The notes beneath the pieces were generated by a model, which was given only the letters and a program-made list of their open reading frames with translations, did not search any database and had not been told where the DNA came from. Made by a program: the position numbers and the translations under genes. From Squalus acanthias (Eukaryota), in contig JASTWF010000324.1 in assembly GCA_030390025.1 (NCBI GenBank), positions 62,001 through 126,000 of the forward strand: a DNA stretch of 64,000 nucleotides, in the 5' to 3' direction. Below, in pieces: positions 49,411 to 61,587 of this stretch (position 1 is the first letter of the stretch; every line of letters starts with the position of its first letter).

Positions 49411-52400
49411 TATTGTCCAAGATAGAAAGTGTTTCATTTCCAACATTTTGCTGAGCACGAAAGGTTAGGAGTAAGAAAGGAAATCAAATGGAACTTCTTC
49501 CACTTATGGCTATGGAGTAAATGCCCAGAGAAAGCCATTAAAGAAAGCTAGTATAATTAGGTCAAAGAAACAATGAAAGAAGAGCAGGAAGGATATTGGG
49601 AGAAGAAAGGTTGGCAGGGTTGGCACTAATGGTTGCCTTCTCTTCCTAAATATTCTCAAGCTGACGATTGGACAGTTTTCTACATCGCAGACAGCGTACG
49701 AAATCTCGAACATTCTATAGGTATTGTGCCCGAACACATCACTAATGCATAATTGGGATCAATCTGGACCTAACCTGCCCGTTGTGAAACTGATGAGATC
49801 GGGGCCAATGCTGGTTTTACACCCTGCCTGATTTTACTCTCCACTGAAGTCAACAGTGATCTTGGGCGAGGTGTAAAACCGGCGTTCCACCTGCTCCCGT
49901 GGGTTTCCTGCCCCGGCGACTGAGGTTAAAATGACCCCCCGAGCCCGAGGTGACTGGGGTCTGCAAGCCCAGTAGCACATTAGGCCCGTGCTCTCATACG
50001 CTGCAGTACAAGTATGTAAGGAGGTCCACACCTGCCACAGCCACACACTAGAAGTCCCAGCATTCAATGGCTTGACACCTTGGCTCCTCCATTGGCCAAG
50101 TGAATAAAGGCAACATCTAGTATGAACCAAAGCCAGACAGACTTGGAGGGTCCCAGGTTTGATTGTTGGTCAGGAGGTTCAACTGGTCTCAGCAACCCAG
50201 GGAGGCCAGGGTTCCTGCTTCCGGTAAGCCTGAACATTGGGAAAGGACAGAATTAGGCTTGGCTGGGACATCCTTTTGTGCTTTCTTCCCCCACCCCCCC
50301 CACTTGTGAGGGATCCAAAACTAGGGGCCAGAAACATAAGATAGTCATTAATAAATCCAATAGAGAGTGGCGAGAATGTGGAACGCGCTACCACGTAGGT
50401 GCATTTAAGGGGAAGCTAGATAAGTACATGAGGGAGAAAAGAATAGAAGGGTATGTTGACAGGGTGAGACGAAGAGGGGTGGGAAGAGGCTCAGGTGGAG
50501 CACAAACACCGGCACGGACCAGTTGGGCCGAATGGTCTGTTTCTGTGCTGTAAAATTCTACAAAATCCTCCAAGGTCCAATAGTGTGCCGTCACTCACTG
50601 CCGAGTTGGCATCCATGGAATCATACCCAGCAGGGCTCAGCACCTTTAGGAAAGGTAGGCAGCTGGTGGGAGTTCATCTGATGACAGTAATTGCAGACCT
50701 GTGCCAGTAGACACAGGACATCGCAGGATACTGGGTTATGCTGGAGAGCGAGAAACAATTCCATCATTCATCATCCCCTACATATGACAAGCGGCATTAT
50801 TACAGCTGTATCTTGATAAGTGTGTGGCTAGTGTACCACGAAATTTAAAGCTAAGATCAGGGCCTGTGCATTACGGAAGCGAGTTGGAAATGTAATTGTG
50901 GAGTGGAATGACGCGCATTAATTTGATGGGAGCAGTACATTCCACACAGACCCTCGAACCTGCACACAGACACACTGCTTCCTCACACCGGGCAAAGGGC
51001 TGTGCAACTGTAGCAATTCTTCGCTGAAGCATTCCTGATCTCTGCACTGGGGAGTCATTTGCTTTTAGAAAAGCATTAAAGAGATGATTCCGCACAGCTC
51101 TCTCTTGAACGTGCCACCACAAGGATGGAGGCGTAAACAGAATTCAATTGATCTTTACACCTCGCTCCAAATGTCAAATATTTACAATCCAGCTAACATT
51201 TTACTCAAGGCTATTTTTAACCAACTAAATCCAATGGAGGGGGCAGGATATTGAATAAAAGTCCTCATAGAAAGCTCCCCCCAACCACAATTTTACTACA
51301 CAGAACCGGCGATAATACAATGGGATGTGGGGTAAATTAAAATAAAAACAGTTTATATGGGCTCTTTTGAAATGATAGAACTAGGAATAACTTGCATTAA
51401 CCTCCTGCAGCCCTACAACCCTCCCAGATCTCTGCATTCCTCCAATTCTCGCCTCTTGCGCATCCCTGATTCCCTTCGCTCCATTGACGGCTGTGCCTTT
51501 AGCTGCCCCGGCCCTAAGCTCTGGATTCCCTCCCTAAACTTCTTCGCTCTGCTACCGCTCTCCTCCTTGAAGATGCTGCTCAAAATCGATCTTTGACCAA
51601 GCTCTTGGCCATCTGTCCCAATATCTCATGTGGCTCGGGGTCAAATTTTGTCCGATTACGCTCCTGTGTCACGTCTTGGGACGTTTTACACCGTTAGGGG
51701 CTATATAAATGCAAGTTGTTGTTTGTTTGTTGTGTCCAATGAGGGAGGGGATGCATTTATATGTTGAGTCAGGGAGCAGTTATGACATTACAATTGGCTT
51801 CAGTGCCTCTTGAACAGACATGCTCCTGACCGCTAACCTGGAAAGTGCTCAGAAGACTTGGCTTGTTGGAGGAGCCCGCCAGTACTCACTCGCATAGCGC
51901 ACACTCGAAGAACAATCATCTGGGCAAGGACCCAGAGAGCGGCCAGCCCGGACAGCTGGCTAGGTCAGAGATTGACAAAAGTAATAGCAGCTCATGTGGC
52001 TACTATAACATTGATCTAGGAGCGCACGGACTACTCAGCGGTACTGAGAAAAGCAGTGTACCTAACAGCACCATCACCCCAAGGACTGCAGTGGTTCAAG
52101 GAGAAAGCCGACCACCACCTTCTCAGGGCAACAGGGATGGGCAATAAATGCAGGCCTTGCCACACCCGGAGAACAAAGTTATTTGCTGAGATCTTGCGCC
52201 TGGCAGGACCTGGGCTATGCTTGCTGCCATTTGCAATCTAGCTCTCTGCTGTCAATCTTTTTTAATGCTTCTTTTGGGTATTCCATCTGACTTTTGTCAA
52301 GACTACCAGCCTTACTAACCCTTTTGTTTCTGCATCTTTTAAAAATATTTGTATTTGGCCTTAATGTTTGTTTGGATGGTTCTGCTCAGCTTATTCGTGG

Positions 52401-54234
52401 CCTCATCTCCATCACGCTCAATTTCCTCTTTAGAGTCAAAGATTTATTGTATGCTCTATAAAGCACAAGTCTGTCCAAGGCTCCAAATCTGTTCCCATAT
52501 CTGGGAAACTCTTCTAATATCTCTCGCACACTTCTAGATGGGACAAACGATCAACCACCGATGGGTTTCTCTCACCTGTAAACCAGTAGCGCTCATTGCA
52601 ATCTTTCTGCTCTATTTATTGATACTACTATGGTCAGTATTCCTCTGAATTTTCCTCATTCCTTCCAGTTCCAACTACACCATCCTCCTCTTTCCTGTAC
52701 CCTTACTGTTTTGAAGGGGCAGGGGGACAAAGGAAGAGACAGAGAGACAAAGGGAGTGAAGAAAACCAAAGAGAAACGCGAATCGTTTTGGGACACAAGA
52801 AAACAGAGAGAAAGGAACTTTCATATATAGCAGTTTATCGTGTCGTTAGATGTCCCAAAGTGCCTCACAACCAATGAAGTATTGTTGAGGCACCTTTGCA
52901 GACTGAAGACTCATTGTACCACCTCTAACTCCACCCATTCTTTTCCAGGACCTGAAAACTATCTTTCCTTTTGCGTTCTGCAGGTTTAACACTCCCGCTT
53001 GAATTTACCCAACTACAACAACTCAAGTTACCTCATCTTTCAACCTCATGTGGTAATGTCTTGCACTGTGGGCCTTGATCCTTCACCCAGCTTTCTCAAT
53101 TTAGCCCCTTCATTTTGCAATTCCCAAGGCAACACCTTTTGGTCTCATGGCATTCAGGTAGGAAAAACACTAAATAGGTGACGAGGGTTAGCAGTGCCTG
53201 TGCTGCACGACACGGACTTCCTGATGGTGGTTGGTCTGCCAAGGAGAGGCGCAAGGCATCACTCATCACCCCCACAAGGCGACACAAGCTTGCCATAAAT
53301 TAACTGTGGGCGCGCTTCAAACATCTTGGGCTACAGAACGGCATTCTGGAGTGATTCACCTGCTCTTGGCCAAGGAGGAACAGTGCCTGGTACTGGGGAA
53401 AGGGGTAAAAAGAAACCTAGAGTCCCCAAATAAATTCAGGGTCAGAAAAAAGTGTCTTAAAAAGTAAATAGAGGTTTTAAAAAGTAAATGGAGGATTTTT
53501 TTTAAATAAAAATACTTTATTAAAATAAATTTTCTACGACTTCAAGTATAAACAGTGGAAAGGATTGCCATGACTCTTCAGAGTACTTGCGATGGACCAA
53601 CACAGGTACAATATGGAGTCACCTGGATTACAATAACCAAGTTACATTGTTTAGCAAGACACGCAATGAAAAGATGTCTAATACATTGAAAATTTGGTTC
53701 TGAGTGAGGGCATGAATCCATCCAATTTATATTGTTTGCTCCTCCATCTTCCCTCCTCCTCCCATCCCAAGGACTGCCAACTCTAGGGGAATCAAGGGAT
53801 ATGGGGATCGGGCAGGAAAGTGGAGTTGAGGTCGAAGATCAGCCATGATCTTATTGAATGGTGGAGCAGGCGAGCGGGGCCTTATGGCTGAATCCTGCTC
53901 CTATTTTTTTTGTTCTTATGACTTACTGCTTCACCCAAGTAGCTACTCGTCAAGTGTGAGCCTAGACAGCGAGCTCCAGTGGGGCATCTCAGTGCAAGAG
54001 GGCATCGCAGCTCAACTCAATCTTGTCCTTAGCTAACACACAAATGTTCAAGCTGGGGGCACAGCATAGCAATCGGGGGCAAGAAGCATGGCTGAGCTTT
54101 CCCCCTCTACAGCTCCGAAGCACCATGCCCAATGTAATGCCCCACGATGGAGATCAGTATAGGCCAGGAATTAAAGCTGGCGCTGTTACTCAGTACCACT
54201 CCAGACGTTGCCTTTACACACTAAGCCTCTCAGT

Positions 54235-55510
54235 CGTAGAATCACAGCACAGAACGAGGCCATTCAGCTCATCGTGCCTGTGCCGGCTCTTTGAAAGAGC
54301 TCTCCAATTAGTCCCACTCCTCCGCTCTTTCCACATAGCCCTGCAAATTTTTCCTTTTCAAGTATTTATCCAATTCCCTTTTGAAAGTTATTACTAAATC
54401 TGCCTCCACCACCCTTTCAGGCAGTGCATTCCAGATCATAACTCGTTGAGTATAAACATTTTTCCTCATCTCCTCCACCCCTGACTTTTTTGCCAATTAT
54501 TTTAAATCTGTGTCCTCTGGTTACCGTCCCTCCGCCAGTGGAAACAGTTTCTCCTTATTTACTCGATCAAAACTTTTCATATTTTTGAACACCTCTATCA
54601 AATCCCCCCTTAACTTTCTCTGCTCTAAGGAGAACAACCCCAGCTTCTCCAGTCTCTCCATATAACTGAAGTTCCTCAATCCTGGAACCATTCCAGTAAA
54701 TCTCCTCCGCACCCTCTCCAAGGTCTTGACATCCTTCCTAAAGTGTGGTGCCCAGAATTGAACACAATACTCCAGATGAAGCCTAACCAGTGATTTATAA
54801 AGGTTTAGCATAACTTCCTTGCTTTTGTACTCTGTGCCTCTATTTAAAAAGCCCAGGTTCCCGTATGCTTTTTAAAAAAAAAACACCTTCTCAACTTGTT
54901 CTGCCACTTTGAAAGCTTTGTGTGTGTGAACTCCCAGATCTCTCTGTTCCTGCACCCCCTTTAAAATTGTACCATTTAGTTTATATTGCCTCTCCTCATT
55001 CTTCCTACCAAAATGCACTTCATACTTCTGCCGTGTGTCTGCCCATTTCACCAGTCTGTCTATGTCCTCCTGAAGTCTGTTACTATCCTCCTCATTGTTT
55101 ACTACATTTCCGAGTTTCTTGTTATCCGCAGACTTTGAAATGATGTCCTGTATACCCCAAGACCAGGTCATTAATATCAAAGAGCAGTGGTCCTAATACT
55201 GACCCCTGGGGAACACCACTGCACTCTTCCCTCCAGTCTGAAAAACAACCCTTCACCACTGCTCTCTGCTTTCTGTCCCGCAGCCAATTTCGTATCCACG
55301 CTGCCACTGTCCCTTTAATCCCATGGGCATCAATTTTGATAACAAGTCTACTTTGTGGCACTTGATCAAAGCCTTTTGAAAGTCCATATACACAACATCA
55401 ACCGCACTACCCTCATCCACCCTCTCCGCTATTTCAGCAAAGAACTCAATCAACTTTGTCAGACACGATTTGCCTTTAACAAATCCGTGCTGGCTGTCAT
55501 TTATTAACAT
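54235..55510 (-). mobile_element. CR1 LINE, RT domain to 3' end, decayed
   Basis: SQHGFVKGKSCLT, GVPQGSVLGP and HLEYCVQFW motifs in broken ORFs. Confidence 0.9.
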
Positions 55511-55790
55511 AAACTGGAAACATAAAATAAAGGTTAGGGGGAGCTGCCTTGGTCGGCTCTCATATACATTCAAGCAGCCAGCTCGGGAGCAGCACTCAAC
55601 AGCACCAAGCCCTGGCAGCAGGTTGCCCCAGCTGCCCTCTCAGCCAGGGCACGGTGCATGGCACAAGGACACCTAGAGAGGAAAAGAAAATACATTAAAA
55701 AATGAAAGAACGAAAAGAAAAAACCCCTCATTTTAAGTGTGATCAGTAAACTCCAAGTCAATTACTGCGACTTGAAGTGTTGATCGGCAG

Positions 55791-55926
55791 GAAAACAGCA
55801 AATGCTGGAAATACTCAGCAGGTGCCGAGGAGAGCAGAAATGTGGACGGATGGACGGACTGATTTGTTTCTTCACAGATGCTGCCTGACCTGCTGAGTAT
55901 TTCCAGCTTGCCCAGTTTGTGTTTTC
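55791..55926. mobile_element. Degenerate family B fold-back relic
   Basis: gctggaaatactcagcagg ... cctgctgagtatttccagc inverted pair, the same sequence as in 17606-17776. Confidence 0.65.
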
Positions 55927-55959
55927 GGTAGGAACTATGTCGGGTCTGGGTCAGACTGG

Positions 55960-56560
55960 AAAAGGAAGCCTTGCATTTATGCAGCACCTTATCGTGTCTC
56001 CCCGAAACGCTTCAAATCGCTTCACATCCAAGGAATTACAGTTACTGTTGTGCAGCTAAAAGCAACAGCAGATTTGCATACAGAAAGATCACACACGCAG
56101 GAATGAGATGAATTAGCAGTTAATATTTTTTTTTGTTTTTAAGTAGTGCTAGAGCATGGGCTATAACAAAGAGAACAACTCCCTGCTCTTCATCAAATGG
56201 TGTCATGGGATCTTTAACTTCCATTTGAACCCTCAACAGGCAGGCAGGGCATCACTTTAATGTATCTTCCAAAGAATGGCAGCACCTTCAACAGCGCAGC
56301 ACTCGCTCAGCACTGGAGTTGAAGTGTCAGCCCAGATTATGCGCTCAGGTCCTGGAGTGGGGCTTGAACCCGAGAGCGATAGATTTTTGGACTCTAGGGA
56401 TGGGGCAGGAAAGTGGAGTTGAGGTCGAAGATCAGCCATGATCTTATTGAATGGCGGAGCAGGCTCGAGGGTCCGTCTGACCTACTCCTGCTCCGAATTC
56501 TTATGTTCTTAACCCACAACCTTCTGACTCAGGAGGTGAGAGTGCTCCCAACTGAGCCAA
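55960..56560 (-). mobile_element. Old Deu-domain SINE interrupted by a CR1 tail (about 56371-56510)
   Basis: The head is split at the B box, with aaccc duplicated on both sides of the CR1 tail. Confidence 0.72.
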
Positions 56561-57432
56561 GCTGGCAGCTGCAACACGAAAGTATCCAGAGTGTTTTACC
56601 ATCAAGCAGAAATAAAATGTTGAAATACAAGCAAAACTGATGTTGTGCATCAGACTGTCTCCATTGAGAGAGGTAGGTTCGAATGGGAAGGGTGGCGTGA
56701 GACGACAGCCCCCCTCCTGGTTACATCTCACACCAAATCCTTTTCCCACGAGTTGGAATCAAGATTGGGATTGCTGTACCTGACTGTTCAGGCTGTACAA
56801 AGCCCTGAGCTGTACTAACATCTACCACAGGGTTCGGTCAATGAACGTTTCCACTGACTCCCTTTCCCACCCCTGGAAGTGAATGGGAAGATGTTGCGTG
56901 TTGAGATGAACAGCTTATACAAGGAGAAACACAACCAGGGAAAGGGGGTGGGAGAAAAGAGAAAATCACCAATTACTTTACAGCTCATTCTTTTTATTTT
57001 CTTGTGCACGCGATCATTTTTTGTTCTTTTCTAGACGCTGCCTGAGTGTTTTCAGCATGTTCTATTTTTATTATGGATTTAATGTATTTTTTTCTCTTCC
57101 CATCGGTTGCTGCCAATGTTCCCTTTAAGCTGCACATTGCTCCAGGGGTCCCGTGCAGCCGGCTTTAAAGGGTCCACACGGCCCCCAAAAAATTACGGGG
57201 AACATTGGTTGCCGCCCCTCTCCGCTTGACAGCCCAACCCAAGCTGTGAACTCGCTAATGTGAGAAATCACCCTGCATGCCAGTACTGCTTGGTACAGTG
57301 CACTGGCACCCAAACTCAGTGAGCCACTAGGCCCTCTGTAATGTGAAACCCCTCTCAAGGTGCTGTCATAAAAAAAGCAAAAATGAGAAGTCGCACAACA
57401 CCAGGTTATAGTCCAACAGATTTATTTAATTG

Positions 57433-57469
57433 TACAAGCTTTCGGAGCTGTCGCTCCTTCGTCAGGTAA
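57433..57469 (-). ncRNA. Inverted hammerhead motif copy (sense to the BTRC pre-mRNA)
   Basis: Reverse complement of the right-arm motif; core intact, stem I shortened to 3 bp by one substitution. Confidence 0.75.
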
Positions 57470-57478
57470 GTTGCTAAC

Positions 57479-57516
57479 TTACCTGACGAAGGAGCGACAG
57501 CTCCGAAAGCTTGTAA
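57479..57516 (+). ncRNA. Minimal type I hammerhead ribozyme motif, canonical core
   Basis: TTAC-CTGACGA-A-GGAGC-GACA-GCTCC-GAAA-GC-TT-GTAA: CUGANGA and GAAA core, 5-bp stem II, 4-bp stem I, predicted CUU cleavage triplet. Confidence 0.82.
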
Positions 57517-57624
57517 AATTAAATAAATCTGTTGGACTATAACCTGGTGTTGTGCGACTTCTCATTTTTGTCCACCCCAGTCCAACGCCGGCATCTCCAC
57601 ATCATAAAAAAAGCAGTCAAAGCA

Positions 57625-58245
57625 CTGGGGTTCATTTCTAGAGGGGTAGAATTGAAAAGCAGATAAGTTATGCTAAACTTGTATTGAACCTTGGTTAGAT
57701 CACACTTGAAGTACTGTGAACAGTTCTAGTCTCCAAGAAAAGATATCGAGGCACTGGAGATGGTTCAAAAAAGATTTACAAGGATGATAGCAGAACTGTG
57801 AGGTTATACCCATCAGAAAAGACTGAAAGGCTGGGACTCTTCTCTAGAAGACTGAGGGGCAGCCTGATAGAGGTCTTTCAAATTATGAAGGGGTTCAATA
57901 GGGTCGACGTAGGAGAAGATATTCCCACTTGTGGGGGAGATCAAAACTAGGGGCTATAAATTTAAGATAGTCACGAATAAATTCAGTAAGGAATTCATAG
58001 AAACCGCTTTCCCCAGAGAGTGGTGAGAATGTGGAACTCGCTACCACAGGGAGTGGTTGAGGTGAATAGCACAGATGCATTTAAGGGGAAGCTAGATAAA
58101 CACATGAGGGAGAAAGGAATAGAAGGTTATGAAGACTGGGTGAGATGAAGAGGGGTGGGAGGAGGATCGTGTGGACCATTAACACCGGCATAGACCCGTT
58201 GGGCCGAATAGCCTGTTTCGGTGCTGTAAAATTCGATGTAATTCC
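57625..58245 (+). mobile_element. CR1 LINE 3' part, decayed
   Basis: Homologous to the reverse complement of 34157-34800. Confidence 0.8.
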
Positions 58246-59919
58246 AAGTCATATTTGACAGAGCTCCTTGTGGTGTTTTGTAAATGCCGTGTGTCACTCG
58301 CCCTTTTTATAGCTGTGATGGGGAGCTCTGCCCTGCACTATTGCTGGGCTCGACTATTAACAGGGAGGCTTCGAGTCCCGACATGCAGGACCCATTCCGC
58401 TCATTTACTCCCATTAGCTGCTGTGATCCGACCGCTGTCAGCTGGCTGGCTTATGCTGTGGAGTGCAGTCGACGAGGATGAACTGCGCGCCTGCAGTCAG
58501 CTGTGCTCCAGTACAGTGGGAGCATCTCTTTACACACAGCAGACAGCTCTTCACTATTAAGGGATTCCATCGCGTGACATGCAAATTGCAATTAGGCAGA
58601 AAAAAAACACAGATCAAAGCACCATCGGAATGCTGACATTGCAATCAAAGGTAACATCCTCAAAACAAATCAATGATCCGTGGTAAGAGCATCCTTCCAG
58701 AACAGCAGCTAACTGCTCCCTGGACTGGCTGAAGTGGCACTAACACTTTACGGCCAAAACTCAGGTAATCCCTTCTTCTCGTCTGAGCGATTCCACCAAA
58801 CGATGTCATGGGTTAACCGAAGAACATGAGCCCACAGCCAAGATTCTACGCGTGACATCATCAACGGGACCATCCACTGGGGCTGGGGGGGGGGGGGGGG
58901 GGCGCTGTATAGGTTGCATTTTAACAAAAAAAAAATCAGGATTAACTTTTATACCATTTTAATAAGAGCCCATTACCCATCAGGATTTTAAGTGTTTGCG
59001 GCTGGCAATTTACTTTTAAAACATAAAGGCTACTGAGGTATTGCAATCCGTTTAATGCAGCAATGCCGACTGGTCATTATGACACAGCAGTGAAGTTGTT
59101 CATTGAGAAGAACTCCCAAGTGGAAGCGACTATCCAAAGTATGCTGTTCCAGAATACTCTGCCAGTGCGGGTTAATAATCAGGGGCGACACTTGCTGTTG
59201 CTTGCACCCCTGAAGGAAGATAAATGCTGCAGATTAAAATAAAATGCAGCGAGTGGCGAAGCAGGTCACAAGCACAAGCCCTGCCCAGACTGGGGATGAA
59301 TGTCTCCTCTGGCTGCAGGTTGCAAGGGTCCTGTGGGATAAGAGTTTAGACAGTCTTAAACCCGTTCCTAGTGGGATTGGGTCCACAGCGCAAAACCAGG
59401 GGATTGGATATATAGTTGAAATGGAATAATTTGCAGAGCTCTTTCAAAGAGCTGGCACAGGCACCATGGGCCGAATGGTCTTCTGTGCTGTGTGATTGTC
59501 GGATACATCTCACTGGGCACTAACCAGATAATCATACTCTGGTTGACTGCTGCTGCAAGAATTTGAAAAAGTGCCACACTCATGCAGTTTAGAAATCAAA
59601 GAACTTGCATTTACATAGTGCATTTCACATTGCTAGCATGTCCCAAAGTTCTTTACAGCCGACAAATTAAGTGTTGTTTCGTAGGCAAATATAGCAGACC
59701 ATTTTTATAAAAAAAGCAGGAGAATAGAGAGGATTATAAATGAAAAAATGACACTGGTGTCCTTCAACCTGCTGCGATATTATCGAGACTCAACAGACGG
59801 GTCTCGGGGGAAGGAGAGGTCACAGAACACAGCTAGGGTCAGATCTTTTCCTGTAAACTCAAGACGCGACAGACAAGCAGCGGACACACCAGTTGTAAGT
59901 GAGCGAACAGAAAGAGTAC

Positions 59920-60027
59920 CTGGAATGTGGCGAAAGTGCCAGTCCCCGAGGTTTGGAGGCATTTCAGCGAGGGCATGCTGTCCGCCAGACTGGAGCAGCC
60001 TAACCACAGAGACCTGGGCACAGAACA
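59920..60027 (-). CDS. BTRC: BTRC (beta-TrCP1, F-box/WD40 protein) coding exon, equivalent to human exon 2
   Basis: 108 nt, phase 0-0, acceptor ctcctttctttcacag and donor CAG|GTACTC. Translates CSVPRSLWLGCSSLADSMPSLKCLQTSGTGTFATFQ, matching recalled human BTRC CSMPRSLWLGCSSLADSMPSLRCLYNPGTGALTAFQ. Confidence 0.95.
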
Positions 60028-60484
60028 CTGTGAAAGAAAGGAGTACAATGAGATGGGGGGGGGGAGGGGGAAAAGACAACATAAAAATCAGATGAGCACA
60101 GAATGACACCACCTGCACTCTACAACAGGTTCATGAGCCCACCCCTACAGAACGAGAAACCCAGCTCTTTCAGATCTGAACCGAGTCAGTCCGACTCCCG
60201 GCAACTGAATCCATCACATCAGAAATGTCACAAACAGAATTCATCAGTCAAAGGCGCCGGGCTGTTTTCCCCTTGTGCAGGTTAGGAGCCCACATGAAAA
60301 ACCGAAAAATCATGCTCCTCGCACCAAGAGCATTTTGACTTTTTACAACTGGGATAGGTACCAGCAGTGCATGGCTTGTCTACTGCAGAGTGTCCGTTAT
60401 ACAGTGTCTCAGCAAAAAGTTCATACATCTCAAAGAAAACGGGGAACTAAATCTTTTCACAGATAGATTCCTAGTGATAAAAAA

Positions 60485-60918
60485 AGACAGACTTGCATTT
60501 CTATAGCACCTTTCACGACCACCGGACGTCCCAAGGTGCTTTAGTCAATGAAGCACTTTTAGAGTGTAGTCACTGTTGTAATGTAGGAAACGCAGCAGCC
60601 AATTTGCGCACAGCAAGCTCCCACAAGCAGCAATGTGATAAGGACCAGATAATCTGTTTTAGTGATGTTGATTAAGGGATAAATATTGGCCAGGACACTG
60701 GGGAGAACTCCCCTGCTCTTCTTCGAAATAGTGCCATAGGATCTTTTACGTCCACCTGAGAGAGCAGAGGGGGCCTCGGGGTTGAACGTCTCATCCGAAA
60801 GACGGCACCTCAGACACTCTCAGCGCTCCCTCAGCACTGCACTGGAGTCTCTGGAGTGGGACTTGAACCAACAACTTGCTGATTCAGAGGCGAGGGTGCT
60901 ACCCACTGAGCCACGGTT
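60485..60918 (-). mobile_element. Deu-domain SINE, near full length
   Basis: Same family. Confidence 0.85.
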
Positions 60919-61587
60919 GATGCACGAAGTAAAGCTTTAAATAGTAACTGCAAGCAGCAGAAAGCTATTGCTGGCATTAGAATTTCAGTGAAGTGCAGTG
61001 CTAGTGAACCTTTTATACTGTGTCTAATTGAACGGTGAAAAGTACTACTATTGAATTACAGATGTTTGTCCTTCCAAACTTGGGTTGTGCCTGCAGAGTG
61101 CATTGAGCTGTATAATTTAGAGTGAAGTATTGGGGGCGTTACAGGGCTCTCACTCGTGCTCGGAGAAACTTGAAAAGAACTGTCATACATGAAGCACGTC
61201 AACATTCGGGTGTACGGACATTTCCTACAATGCAGTGATGTACATAATGCTGTCCGTGGCCACTCGCAGCCCCTTTCCCTTCACCTTCCCCTATGGCCTG
61301 TTGCTCGGTGCCCCTTCAGCTCTCCGTTCACAGGCTGCCTTTCCAACCGCGAGACGCTGACAGAAGTGGAAATCAGGGCCTTTCTCCTTTTCCTGCTCTC
61401 CAGCAAAAAGCAGCAAGGGAACGTTATTAGGAAAGAGGGTTATCCCCACAAAGAGAGAGGGTCCAATAATAATGGAGCTTTATTTCAAAAGCATTTACCC
61501 TCCCCACACCCCAGCTCTTGCTCTGCGGAAGTGCCTGGCTTCAACTGGCGAATTCCCACAGCAGCAGGTTTAAAATCAGATCGGTGC

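Larger units (their letters stand above)
57378..57605 (+). mobile_element. Penelope-like family A miniature fold-back insertion
   Basis: Arms 57378-57472 and 57476-57570 (1 mismatch seen), 3-nt loop, 35-nt tail tccaccccagtccaacgccggcatctccacatcat. Flanking direct repeat tcataaaaaaagca at 57366-57379 and 57602-57615 overlaps the element ends. Same termini as the 43737-44762 element. Confidence 0.9.
12427..59919 (-). other. BTRC: BTRC intron (~47.5 kb, GT-AG)
   Basis: Lies between the two recognised exons; no further recognisable BTRC exon seen inside. Confidence 0.85.
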
